Assembly: GCA_964510695.1 (NCBI GenBank)
Contig: CAZEBV010000001.1
Coordinates: forward strand, 1-44,996
Length of the DNA stretch: 44,996 bases
DNA from: an uncultured bacterium
GTDB lineage: Bacteria > T1Sed10-126 > CAZEBV01
Reading direction: 5' to 3'
Under the pieces are notes generated by a model. The model made no database searches, had not been told where the DNA came from, and saw nothing but the letters and a program-made list of their open reading frames with translations. Shown piece by piece: positions 17,826-25,244 of the stretch. Position 1 is the first letter of the stretch; each line of letters starts with the position of its first letter. The translations under genes were made by a program, and so were the position numbers.

Positions 17826-18449
17826 TCAGGCCGCGGCCGGTTCCGGGTCGGGGTCCCCTTCGGCCGAGACGTCCGTGAACAAATCCAGCTGGCGCAGGGT
17901 CTCGCCGAAGTCCTCCTGGTCCGGATCCAGCCCCCAGCGCCGGACGATCTCGTTGAACTCCTCGATGTCGTGGTTGCGGCCGGCCGGCTCGTCATCGTCG
18001 TCGAGGGTCAAATGGCAAAGCTCGTGGTCGATCGTGCGGATTTTCCGGTGGGGGGGGAGGTACTGATACAGCGGGTGGTTGATCTGCACCAGAAACTCGA
18101 CGTCCGCGATCTCCCGCCACTTCGTGCCGACCTTCGAGGCCTTGCCCAGGACCGTCTGACCGGAGGATTTCATGCCGTCCCGGTAGACGTAGCGGATCTT
18201 GCGGTGCCGGAGGGGCAGATGCGTCCCGATCGCATCCATCAGGACCTCGGCGATCCGCCGGACCTGCGTGGCCTCGGGGTAGTTTTCGGTCTCGAAGGGC
18301 TCCTCGGGCACCTCCACCATCGTGATGATTTCCTGCAGCTGCTCGTAGTCCTCCTCCAGCTGGGCCGGCAGCCGGTCGCGCTTCAGATTGACGTCGACGC
18401 CGTGCTCCTGGCCGTTCGAGGCCGCGTCCGGAAAAGGCTCATCGTTCAT
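17826..18449 (-). CDS. Putative phage metallopeptidase (HExxH)
   Basis: IDHELCHL motif. Start set at ATG 18449 (MNDEPF). Confidence 0.55.
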   Translation of the reverse strand: MNDEPFPDAASNGQEHGVDVNLKRDRLPAQLEEDYEQLQEIITMVEVPEEPFETENYPEATQVRRIAEVLMDAIGTHLPLRHRKIRYVYRDGMKSSGQTVLGKASKVGTKWREIADVEFLVQINHPLYQYLPPHRKIRTIDHELCHLTLDDDDEPAGRNHDIEEFNEIVRRWGLDPDQEDFGETLRQLDLFTDVSAEGDPDPEPAAA

Positions 18450-18476
18450 CGGGACAACCCCCAAGTAGGAAGATGG

Positions 18477-18926
18477 TCACGCCACGGCTTCGCTTCGATC
18501 CATCGGTTCGACCCGGGTGCCGATGCCGTTGGCCTCCCCGGGTACCTTCCGCGAGCAGACCTTCAAAATCTGCGTGTCGTCCTCGTACAGCACGCCCTCC
18601 AGGGCATCGTGCAGGACCTTGATCGGGTTCCCGACGTCCGCCATCGGGACCCCGGCCAGCGCCTCGCGGCTTCGGTGGCATCGCTTCAGGACGACCGTGT
18701 GCCACAGCGCCACCGGGTCCGGCGTCGGCTCGGTGATGCCACCCTGGTACGTCACGATCTCGGCCACCTGCTCCTTGTAGGTCTCGAACTCGGAGCTCGG
18801 ATACATCCACGTCCGCCCGTCCTGGTGGGTCATCCGATACGCCGCGTTCTGGCTCAGGTAGGGGAAGGAAAACTCGGCCGGCTGGAGGACGTCCCCGTCA
18901 GGCACGGACCGACCCCTCCCCATCAA
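18477..18926 (-). CDS. rusA: RusA-family Holliday junction resolvase
   Basis: DVGNPIKVLHDALEGVLYEDDTQI matches the RusA D-x2-N-x2-K-x3-DAL-x6-DD-x-Q signature. Confidence 0.8.
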   Translation of the reverse strand: MMGRGRSVPDGDVLQPAEFSFPYLSQNAAYRMTHQDGRTWMYPSSEFETYKEQVAEIVTYQGGITEPTPDPVALWHTVVLKRCHRSREALAGVPMADVGNPIKVLHDALEGVLYEDDTQILKVCSRKVPGEANGIGTRVEPMDRSEAVA

Positions 18927-19464
18927 CCAGGGCGAAGGCCCCGTCGCGCTTCACGACGTCGTCCTGCTGGTCGGCCATCGCCTCCAGGACGCGGGCCACC
19001 CGGTCGGCTTCGTCGTTCATGGCCAGCCGGTCCGCGACCGCCCGGGCCGTGGTCATCTCCTGCCCGTTGATGATGAGCATGTCAGACAGCCACGCCCGGA
19101 TCCGCCGGGCGAGCCGTTCGTTGTCCTCGAGGATCTCGCCCGACCCGTTCATCGAGGCAGAAACCCCACGGTCTCGGGGGGGGGCGTCCTCCTGGTCCGT
19201 TTCGGGGTCGCCGTCCGCGTCGTCGAGGTCGACGTCCTCCTGGTCCCACATGAGAAGCTCGTTCGGGCTGACCTCGAGGGCGAAGCACAGCCGGACAAAC
19301 GAGTCCAGGGCCGGGGAGTACCGGCCACCCTCATACTGCGAAATGCTCGGGCCGCTCGTGCCGGCCACCGTCGCCAGCTCCCGTTGGCTCATTCCCAGGT
19401 CATCCCGGCGCTGTTTGAGCATCCTGGACACACGCCCCCGGGCGTCGAAATCGGGCGGGATCAT
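18898..19464 (-). CDS. XRE-family HTH transcriptional regulator with an acidic linker and a C-terminal domain
   Basis: LGMSQRELATVAGTSGPSISQYEGG HTH. Start placed at ATG 19464 (ATGA overlap with the SLT stop); GTG 19509 is an alternative. Confidence 0.75.
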   Translation of the reverse strand: MIPPDFDARGRVSRMLKQRRDDLGMSQRELATVAGTSGPSISQYEGGRYSPALDSFVRLCFALEVSPNELLMWDQEDVDLDDADGDPETDQEDAPPRDRGVSASMNGSGEILEDNERLARRIRAWLSDMLIINGQEMTTARAVADRLAMNDEADRVARVLEAMADQQDDVVKRDGAFALVDGEGSVRA

Positions 19465-20030
19465 CGACGAACCACCCTCCGCGTCCCTCGAAGTCGGGTC
19501 CTCAGCCACTCGATCCGCTCGGCGATCTGATGCTCATACCACGCCCCGGCCGGGCTGGGCCCACCGGCATACCAGCACCGAAGCGCATAGGCCCCGCACC
19601 ACTCCATGCAGTAGCGCAGATACCGCACCCCCTGACGGAGGGCGTAGGCGTCGTCGGTGTTGTAGCGATTCGACCGGTACGGGTGCCGGCTGACCGTCCG
19701 GTGGGCGATGGGTGTCACCTGCAGGACCCCGGCGGCGCCGGCATGGGACGTGCGGGGGTTGTAGCTGGACTCCTGCCCGGCCATCGCCACGATCAGAAGC
19801 GGGTCGAGGTCGTGCTTCTCGGCCACGTCTCTGATCATCCGCGACCACCGCAGGCTGTGGCGGGGCGTAAAGCCGGGGCGCTCGACTCGGACGGCCCGGG
19901 CGATGCGGTGGGTCTCACGGAAGCTCTCCCAGCCGTGCGGGTGGCCCTCCGACGGACTCGCCAGCCACGACGCGATCAGGAAAGCGACCGCGAGGGCCAG
20001 CATCACGTAGATCGACCAGTGTGTTCTCAT
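19461..20030 (-). CDS. Membrane-anchored lytic transglycosylase (SLT domain)
   Basis: N-terminal TM (IYVMLALAVAFLIASWLA) and GQESSYNP ... AGAAGVLQVTP catalytic motif. Start at ATG 20030 with GGGGAGG leader. The upstream part of the 353-aa track ORF is Arg/Gly/Pro-rich and implausible. Confidence 0.8.
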   Translation of the reverse strand: MRTHWSIYVMLALAVAFLIASWLASPSEGHPHGWESFRETHRIARAVRVERPGFTPRHSLRWSRMIRDVAEKHDLDPLLIVAMAGQESSYNPRTSHAGAAGVLQVTPIAHRTVSRHPYRSNRYNTDDAYALRQGVRYLRYCMEWCGAYALRCWYAGGPSPAGAWYEHQIAERIEWLRTRLRGTRRVVRR

Positions 20031-20347
20031 CGTGCTCCTACCTCCCCAAGTAGATTCCCCTGTTCGAAGTCCTCCGGGTCCGCGTTCGCCAGCGGATCGT
20101 CCTCCCAGTAGAAGACCTTGTAGGCGGTGCCGTCCGGCGTGTGCTCCGTGCGGGCCTTGATCTCGGGGTACTCCCGGCGTATCTCCGACATCCGCGCCCG
20201 GGCCCCGCTGATCTCGTGGTAGAGCATCTGAAGTTCCTTGTAGCTGGCCTCCCCGATCTCCCGCAGATGACGGACGAGGGCCTGCTTCTGGCCGTACTCC
20301 CGCACGTCCTCCTCGGGGATGCGGTCGGGGTGGCGGTTCATTCCCAC
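20027..20347 (-). CDS. Winged-helix DNA-binding protein (putative)
   Basis: 106 aa. The ALVRHLREIGEASYKELQ ... RARMSEIRREY pattern looks wHTH-like. ATGA overlap with the SLT start. Confidence 0.5.
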   Translation of the reverse strand: MGMNRHPDRIPEEDVREYGQKQALVRHLREIGEASYKELQMLYHEISGARARMSEIRREYPEIKARTEHTPDGTAYKVFYWEDDPLANADPEDFEQGNLLGEVGAR

Positions 20348-20685
20348 TTCGGCCTCCCATCGGCGTCTTTGGTGTCGATGTGCTCAAACTCGTGGAGCCA
20401 GATTTCCTGATCCGGGACCCATCCTTTACGCGGGTGAATTTCCCGCCAGACCTCGCGGAATTCCTCAGGCGAATCCAGCCCCTCCTCGTGGTAGTGCTCC
20501 TGAGCCACGGTCTCAATCTCACACTTCCGCACGTCGAGCAACCGGACGAAACCAGCCGGTGTCCAGAGGATGTCCCCGGCCTTCCCGTATCGGCTGTTCC
20601 GGCTCGTCATGGTCTTTCGTCCGCTCTGGATCGCGTCGACGAAGCGGTCGTGAAACGGCAGGTCAGGGGGTTCGTGGTCGTCCAT
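20338..20685 (-). CDS. ASCH (PUA-like) domain protein
   Basis: FHDRFVDAIQSGRKTMTSRNSRYGKAGDIL resembles the ASCH N-terminal signature. Confidence 0.6.
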   Translation of the reverse strand: MDDHEPPDLPFHDRFVDAIQSGRKTMTSRNSRYGKAGDILWTPAGFVRLLDVRKCEIETVAQEHYHEEGLDSPEEFREVWREIHPRKGWVPDQEIWLHEFEHIDTKDADGRPKWE

Positions 20686-20870
20686 CAGCCCGCGTCCCCC
20701 GTCGTGTTCGACGTCGGGCGTCCCGGGTCGGGGTAGGTCCGGGCCGTCGGCGCTCGACCCAGCTGGCGGACGTCATCCATCGCTTCCAGGGACTCCCAGG
20801 CCCCGCACTGGACACAGCGGCCCACCTTGAGTCGGTGGCCGTCCCTCTCGCAGTCGGTCAGGTCTGCCAT
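20685..20870 (-). CDS. Small Cys-containing protein (61 aa)
   Basis: Internal ATG 20870 with TGATG overlaps at both ends. Contains CERDGH..CVQCG. Confidence 0.45.
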   Translation of the reverse strand: MADLTDCERDGHRLKVGRCVQCGAWESLEAMDDVRQLGRAPTARTYPDPGRPTSNTTGDAG

Positions 20871-21109
20871 CACGCCTCCACCCCGTGCTCGTTCGGGCTC
20901 AGGTCGATCTCGTCGGCGCTGTGCGGAAAGACCGGCGTCGCGTGGTCGAACGACGTCCGGCCGTTGGGCTCCCCGGAGGCCCTGCGAGCGAACGATGCCA
21001 GCACCCGCCCGGCCAGATCGGAGACGTCCATGTCCCACGCCTCGGCGATCTGTCGAAGCTGATCCCGGCGGCTCTCCGGCAGGTCCGCCCACATCCCCGT
21101 CCAGTCCAT
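20870..21109 (-). CDS. Hypothetical protein
   Basis: 79 aa with coupled overlaps at both ends. Confidence 0.55.
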   Translation of the reverse strand: MDWTGMWADLPESRRDQLRQIAEAWDMDVSDLAGRVLASFARRASGEPNGRTSFDHATPVFPHSADEIDLSPNEHGVEA

Positions 21110-21672
21110 CAGGCCGTCTTACCTCCGTGTCGTCCGTAGAGGAGTTTGCACAGCTTGATAAGGAAACGACGGTTGACGGTTTGCCGGTGAATCAGGTCCG
21201 CCCGCTTGACCTTGTCGACCCTGTCCCGTGGATGATCCTCGTCGGGGTAGACCTCATACATTCCCCACGGGTCCGGTAGCTCATCGGGTTCGGCCATCCC
21301 CGAGGGGGTCACGAGGTAATAGCGGTTCGGCACGCGGCCCGTATTCATCTTTTGGCGTCTGTCGCTCCCCGGCTCGACCTCAAACCGTTCGGGGATCTCA
21401 TCCGCATCTAAAAGGACTTGTATCGCTCTGTGCTTTTTACGCTTTGACCGGCTGTATATACCGTCCCCCTCGAATGCCCGCACCTCCGAGAGAAGGTCCC
21501 CGCGGTCGGTTTTTATCTCGTAGTCGAACCAGTAGTCCGAGCTGGATATGACCATCATGTCAGCCTCGGAATAGGCGTAACTGCTCCAATTCTCCACGAT
21601 GATCCTGTACTGCTTCCGTCGTAACTCCGACCGAAGGAGCCCTTGGACCTCGTGCTCAGATAGCCCCATCAC
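21109..21672 (-). CDS. PD-(D/E)XK nuclease-like protein (MmcB-like)
   Basis: SEADMMVI ... FDYEIKTDRGD fits a D...ExK nuclease core. GC looks lower than the surroundings by eye. Confidence 0.5.
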   Translation of the reverse strand: MMGLSEHEVQGLLRSELRRKQYRIIVENWSSYAYSEADMMVISSSDYWFDYEIKTDRGDLLSEVRAFEGDGIYSRSKRKKHRAIQVLLDADEIPERFEVEPGSDRRQKMNTGRVPNRYYLVTPSGMAEPDELPDPWGMYEVYPDEDHPRDRVDKVKRADLIHRQTVNRRFLIKLCKLLYGRHGGKTA

Positions 21673-21833
21673 ACCACCCCTCCACTGCTCTCAAGGTGCG
21701 GGACTTCGACGTCGATCACCCGATACCAGCTCGGAAGGTCCTGCACGATGGGGTCACGGAAGCCGCGATCCCGGGCGTCGATGAGGACGTCGGACCGGCT
21801 CCACTTAGCCCGGGGGTAGTTGAGGGGCTTCAT
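21669..21833 (-). CDS. Hypothetical 54-aa protein
   Basis: Internal ATG 21833 forms an ATGA overlap with the ATPase stop. Its stop overlaps the next start. Confidence 0.45.
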   Translation of the reverse strand: MKPLNYPRAKWSRSDVLIDARDRGFRDPIVQDLPSWYRVIDVEVPHLESSGGVV

Positions 21834-23101
21834 GCTTCCGATCCCTCCTCGACCGGCTGGTGGCCGTCGTTGTAGTCGGCGGCCTCGCCTTCCTCGATCA
21901 CGACGCCCAGGTCGCCGGACTCGTCCACGACCTCGACCCACGCCTGAGCGCCGTATTGCTGGCACAGATCGTCGATGAGCCGGAGGTTCTCCCGGTCCCA
22001 ACGCGAGCCGTCCTTGATTCGGAGGACGCGGATGTCGGGGTTTTGGGCCATGGCGATGGCGACGGCGGCCCGCAGCTGTTCGGAGTCGGCCGCCTGCTCC
22101 AGGGGCTCGCCCTCGAAGGTCAAACCGTCCTCGGTGATCCCCAGGCCCTCCAGGGGAAGGTCGGCCGCCTCAATCGCGTCCTGCTTGGTCTGATCGAGGG
22201 ACTCGAGGTCCTCATCCAAGGACTGATGGCGCTGGCGGGCTGTCTCGAGTTCGGAGCGTTTCTCCTCGTAGGACTGGCGGGCCCGAACCTTCTCGTTGAT
22301 GTCCTCGGCCTGGTCGATCTGGTCCCGGATCTCACGGGCCTCCTCGCGGGTGGATTCGAGATTCGAGTCTGAAACCTTTTGCTCTCGAAGCTCTTTCAGA
22401 CGCTCCTCGAGCTCCCGGATCTCCTCACGGACGGCCTCCTGCTTCTTGATTTTCTTCTGAACCTCGTTGAGCTCATGGGAAAGCTCGGAGACCTTCACCG
22501 GCTCGTCGGGAAGGTCCTCCTCGTCGGGCGGGTCCATCTCCTCCAGGGCGCCCTCGAGTTTCTTGACGTCCCGGCCGGCGTCCCAACGCTTCTGGTAGAG
22601 CTCGTGCCGCTCGGTTTCGATGCGCTCCAGGTCGATCGGGAGGTCGATCGTCTGCAGCAGGGCCTCGCGCTTTTCGGCGGGGGTCATCCGCAAAAACGCC
22701 CCGGGGTCGAACATCAGGTCCCCGAGCTTGTCGTTCAACCAGGACTGCTCGGTGTCCTCGATCGGCGGGGTGTCTCCGACCGGCTCGATCGTAAGGCTCC
22801 CGTTGCCCTGGGTGCGCCACCGGCGGATGATCTTGTAGCGTCGCTGGCCGTTGCCGATCTCGACCTCGGTCTCGGCGGACGTCTCGCCCTCCCGGACCGG
22901 ACGATCGGGCACGGCCCGGCCCCCTCCCAGGGCGTAGTAGATCGCGTCCAGGACGGAGGATTTCCCTTGGCCGTTTCCGCCTGAGATCACCACGGCGCCG
23001 CTGTCGGGGTCCGGTTCGATCCCGATGGCCTTCACTCGCTTCACGTTTCGGATCTTGGTTCGGATCACTCGCATGCCGTCAACCTCTCCGTTCTCACTCA
23101 T
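21830..23101 (-). CDS. SMC/RecN-like coiled-coil AAA ATPase (recombination/replication accessory)
   Basis: Walker A GGNGQGKSSVLDAI, a long acidic coiled coil, and a C-terminal VLRIKDG Walker-B-like segment. Confidence 0.7.
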   Translation of the reverse strand: MSENGEVDGMRVIRTKIRNVKRVKAIGIEPDPDSGAVVISGGNGQGKSSVLDAIYYALGGGRAVPDRPVREGETSAETEVEIGNGQRRYKIIRRWRTQGNGSLTIEPVGDTPPIEDTEQSWLNDKLGDLMFDPGAFLRMTPAEKREALLQTIDLPIDLERIETERHELYQKRWDAGRDVKKLEGALEEMDPPDEEDLPDEPVKVSELSHELNEVQKKIKKQEAVREEIRELEERLKELREQKVSDSNLESTREEAREIRDQIDQAEDINEKVRARQSYEEKRSELETARQRHQSLDEDLESLDQTKQDAIEAADLPLEGLGITEDGLTFEGEPLEQAADSEQLRAAVAIAMAQNPDIRVLRIKDGSRWDRENLRLIDDLCQQYGAQAWVEVVDESGDLGVVIEEGEAADYNDGHQPVEEGSEA

Positions 23102-23131
23102 GGCGCGTCCCTCCGAGTCGTGCGGATTGGG

Positions 23132-23635
23132 TTACTCCTCATCGCTAAAGTCCAACCCCAGCTGCTCGCGGATGGACCGTTTGCTCTCATCGGCCGGTGG
23201 GGGGTCGGCGCTGTCGTCTTCCCCCTCATCGGGTGAAACCCCCTTTTCTGTATCTGTAGTACTTCTAGTACCTCCCCCGGACATCTGTGTCCGGGGGGTA
23301 TGGACATCTGTGTCCCCACCCCCCCGGACATGAGTGTCCGTCTGCCGCCAATCGGGCCGTGCGGGGTATATTCGGCGTTCATCGACCGCGCCTTCCCCAT
23401 CACGAAGGTAGGTCCGGTCCAGGTAGCCGAGCGACTCCATGTGCTCGATGTCCCGACGGATCGTCCGGACGCTGACGCCGAACTCCTCGGCGAAGGTTTC
23501 GTTGCCAACCCAGCAGTAACCTTCCTTCCGTGAGAGCGCCTCGATTCGGCCCCATAGCATCTTCTGTCGATCATTGAGGTCCTCCGCGTGATAGATCGGG
23601 GGTGATACCCAGCATCCGTATTGCTCGTCAGACAT
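23132..23635 (-). CDS. Putative replication initiator (N-terminal wHTH, low-complexity linker carrying iterons, acidic tail)
   Basis: wHTH ETFAEEFGVSVRTIRRDIEHMESLGYL. Three GGACA-N4-TGTCC repeats and an AT-rich tract lie inside the linker-coding part, the same layout as lambda O. Confidence 0.55.
   Translation of the reverse strand: MSDEQYGCWVSPPIYHAEDLNDRQKMLWGRIEALSRKEGYCWVGNETFAEEFGVSVRTIRRDIEHMESLGYLDRTYLRDGEGAVDERRIYPARPDWRQTDTHVRGGGDTDVHTPRTQMSGGGTRSTTDTEKGVSPDEGEDDSADPPPADESKRSIREQLGLDFSDEE
23244..23271. other. AT-rich tract flanking the iterons (candidate unwinding element)
   Basis: TTTTCTGTATCTGTAGTACTTCTAGTAC has 9 G/C of 28 nt by my count, in an otherwise GC-rich genome. Contains TAGTAC twice. 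Confidence 0.5.
23279..23339. repeat. Three iterons GGACA-N4-TGTCC (candidate replication origin)
   Basis: GGACATCTGTGTCC at 23279..23292 (extended to the 24-bp dyad CCCCCGGACATCTGTGTCCGGGGG) and at 23302..23315; GGACATGAGTGTCC at 23326..23339. Spacing is 23 and 24 bp. Confidence 0.65.
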
Positions 23636-23808
23636 CGGGTCCCTCCCGCAGCGCCCACAGTGAAAAACCGCTCATTTCCGGCTCCTTTCTACCCCACGTG
23701 TTGATCGACCGACCCACCCACAGGTCGGCTTTTCAGAGATCGAACATCCGGCCTGACCCCCTCTCAGGGGCCAGGTTGGACGCTCGCACGCCCACTCGGA
23801 GGAATGGA

Positions 23809-25230
23809 TCATGTGTCTTTGAGCTGGATCACCCCGTCCTCCGTCTGATACCCCACGTCCCCCTCGACCACGGCGTGAAGCGTGTCCGAGAGCCGCGAGA
23901 GGGCCGAATCCTTCATGTCGTGGGCTTCCATCGTTCGCCGGATGTCGACGATGCTGATGACGTCCGACTTGTCGATGTAGACCCCGACCGCCTGGAGGAC
24001 CGTGTTCATGTCCACGGTCTCGGGATCCTCGGAGGGTTCCTCGGGGGTTTCGCCCTCGACTTCCTGCTCTCCCGTGGGTTCCTCGGGGGTCCCTCCCGCC
24101 CCCTCCTGGGAGGTCAGGTGGTAGTGGCCGCACTCGCCGCACTCGTAATACCGGGTCTCCTGGCGGGCCTCGTTCCCACGATCGCGGGCCTCTTTCGCCC
24201 GTTCGAGGGCCTTCTCAGCGTCTTCCTCGTACTCGAAGGGGACCTTGCCGGTGGGGCAGGTGGCCTCACCGGACACGATCTCCGAGAGGCGTTCCTCGAT
24301 GGCCTTAATGACGGTCTTGCGCTGCTTGCTGGTCTGCTCGATCGACAGCGCCCGATACAGAAGCGTGGGATCGTCGGCGAGTCCGATTTCTTCCCGTGCG
24401 GGACCGGCGTTCTGGTCGACGATCTCGCGGGCCTGTTCCTCGAACAGATCGGGGGCGCTGGTGGAGGACTCCTCCTCGTCCGGGGCCTCGGCGTCCCCGT
24501 CGGACGCATCCTCCTCAGCGGCGTCCTCGTCGGTCTCAGACCCCATGTTTTTGAGGTCCTCGATCTGGCTCTCGACGCCGTTCCCGGAGGGCTCGTATTC
24601 AACGTCCCCCTCGTCGACCTCCTCCACGTCGTCGGGAACCATCGACTGTGCTTCGTCCGGGGTGTATAGGCCCTGGAGGACGTCCGGGAAGGCCTGGCGG
24701 AAAGCCCCGCCGATCGAGCGCCACTCAAGCATCTTGAGCGGATCCTGCCGCCAGTTGTATTTCTCAGTGAGGGGGATCACGCTCCCGTCCTGCTTGGTCT
24801 TGTACTTCTTCGCCCGGTTCAGGGTCCATGTTTCCGTGATCTCACTGAAACCGGCCCGCTTGACGTAGCAGGTGACCCGCATCGGGTCCCTCTCTCGCTC
24901 GATTCGCCAGTCCTCCAGCTCGCCCGTTTGAAGGGCCAGGGCGACCATCGTGCGCGGTTTCGTGGTGGGGTTTCCATTGATGGCGTCGATGCTCTGGAAA
25001 GCCTGCATGGGCGGAATCCCAAGCTCGCGGCCCTCCAGCATGATGACGATGGCCTGGGAGGCGTTTTTGATGCTGTCCGGGAGAAACCCCGACTGCACCA
25101 GGACGTCGCCGAACTTCTTGAGCTCGCCGACGCGGTCCGCCAGCTCGAAGACGTCGTGACTGTCGGGGAGCGCCAGTCCGGTTTCGTCGCCGGCTTCTTG
25201 CTGGATGGCCTTTGTGTTCTTGTTGCTCAT
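23809..25230 (-). CDS. RecT-like single-strand annealing protein fused to an acidic linker, a C4 zinc ribbon and a C-terminal domain
   Basis: The N-terminal ~200 aa (IVIMLEGRELGIPPMQAFQSIDAINGNPT...) resemble RecT-type annealases. Sits immediately after the YqaJ exonuclease. CPTGK...CGECGHYH cluster. Start at ATG 25230 with GAGGAG SD. Confidence 0.6.
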   Translation of the reverse strand: MSNKNTKAIQQEAGDETGLALPDSHDVFELADRVGELKKFGDVLVQSGFLPDSIKNASQAIVIMLEGRELGIPPMQAFQSIDAINGNPTTKPRTMVALALQTGELEDWRIERERDPMRVTCYVKRAGFSEITETWTLNRAKKYKTKQDGSVIPLTEKYNWRQDPLKMLEWRSIGGAFRQAFPDVLQGLYTPDEAQSMVPDDVEEVDEGDVEYEPSGNGVESQIEDLKNMGSETDEDAAEEDASDGDAEAPDEEESSTSAPDLFEEQAREIVDQNAGPAREEIGLADDPTLLYRALSIEQTSKQRKTVIKAIEERLSEIVSGEATCPTGKVPFEYEEDAEKALERAKEARDRGNEARQETRYYECGECGHYHLTSQEGAGGTPEEPTGEQEVEGETPEEPSEDPETVDMNTVLQAVGVYIDKSDVISIVDIRRTMEAHDMKDSALSRLSDTLHAVVEGDVGYQTEDGVIQLKDT

Positions 25231-25244
25231 GCCGATCACTCCTC

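Noticed and set aside
19461-20522. The 353-aa version of the SLT ORF.
   Set aside because: The N-terminal 164 aa are Arg/Gly/Pro/Ser-rich and overlap two better genes (ASCH and wHTH). ATG 20030, with a GGGGAGG leader and an ATGA overlap, gives a sensible TM-plus-SLT protein.
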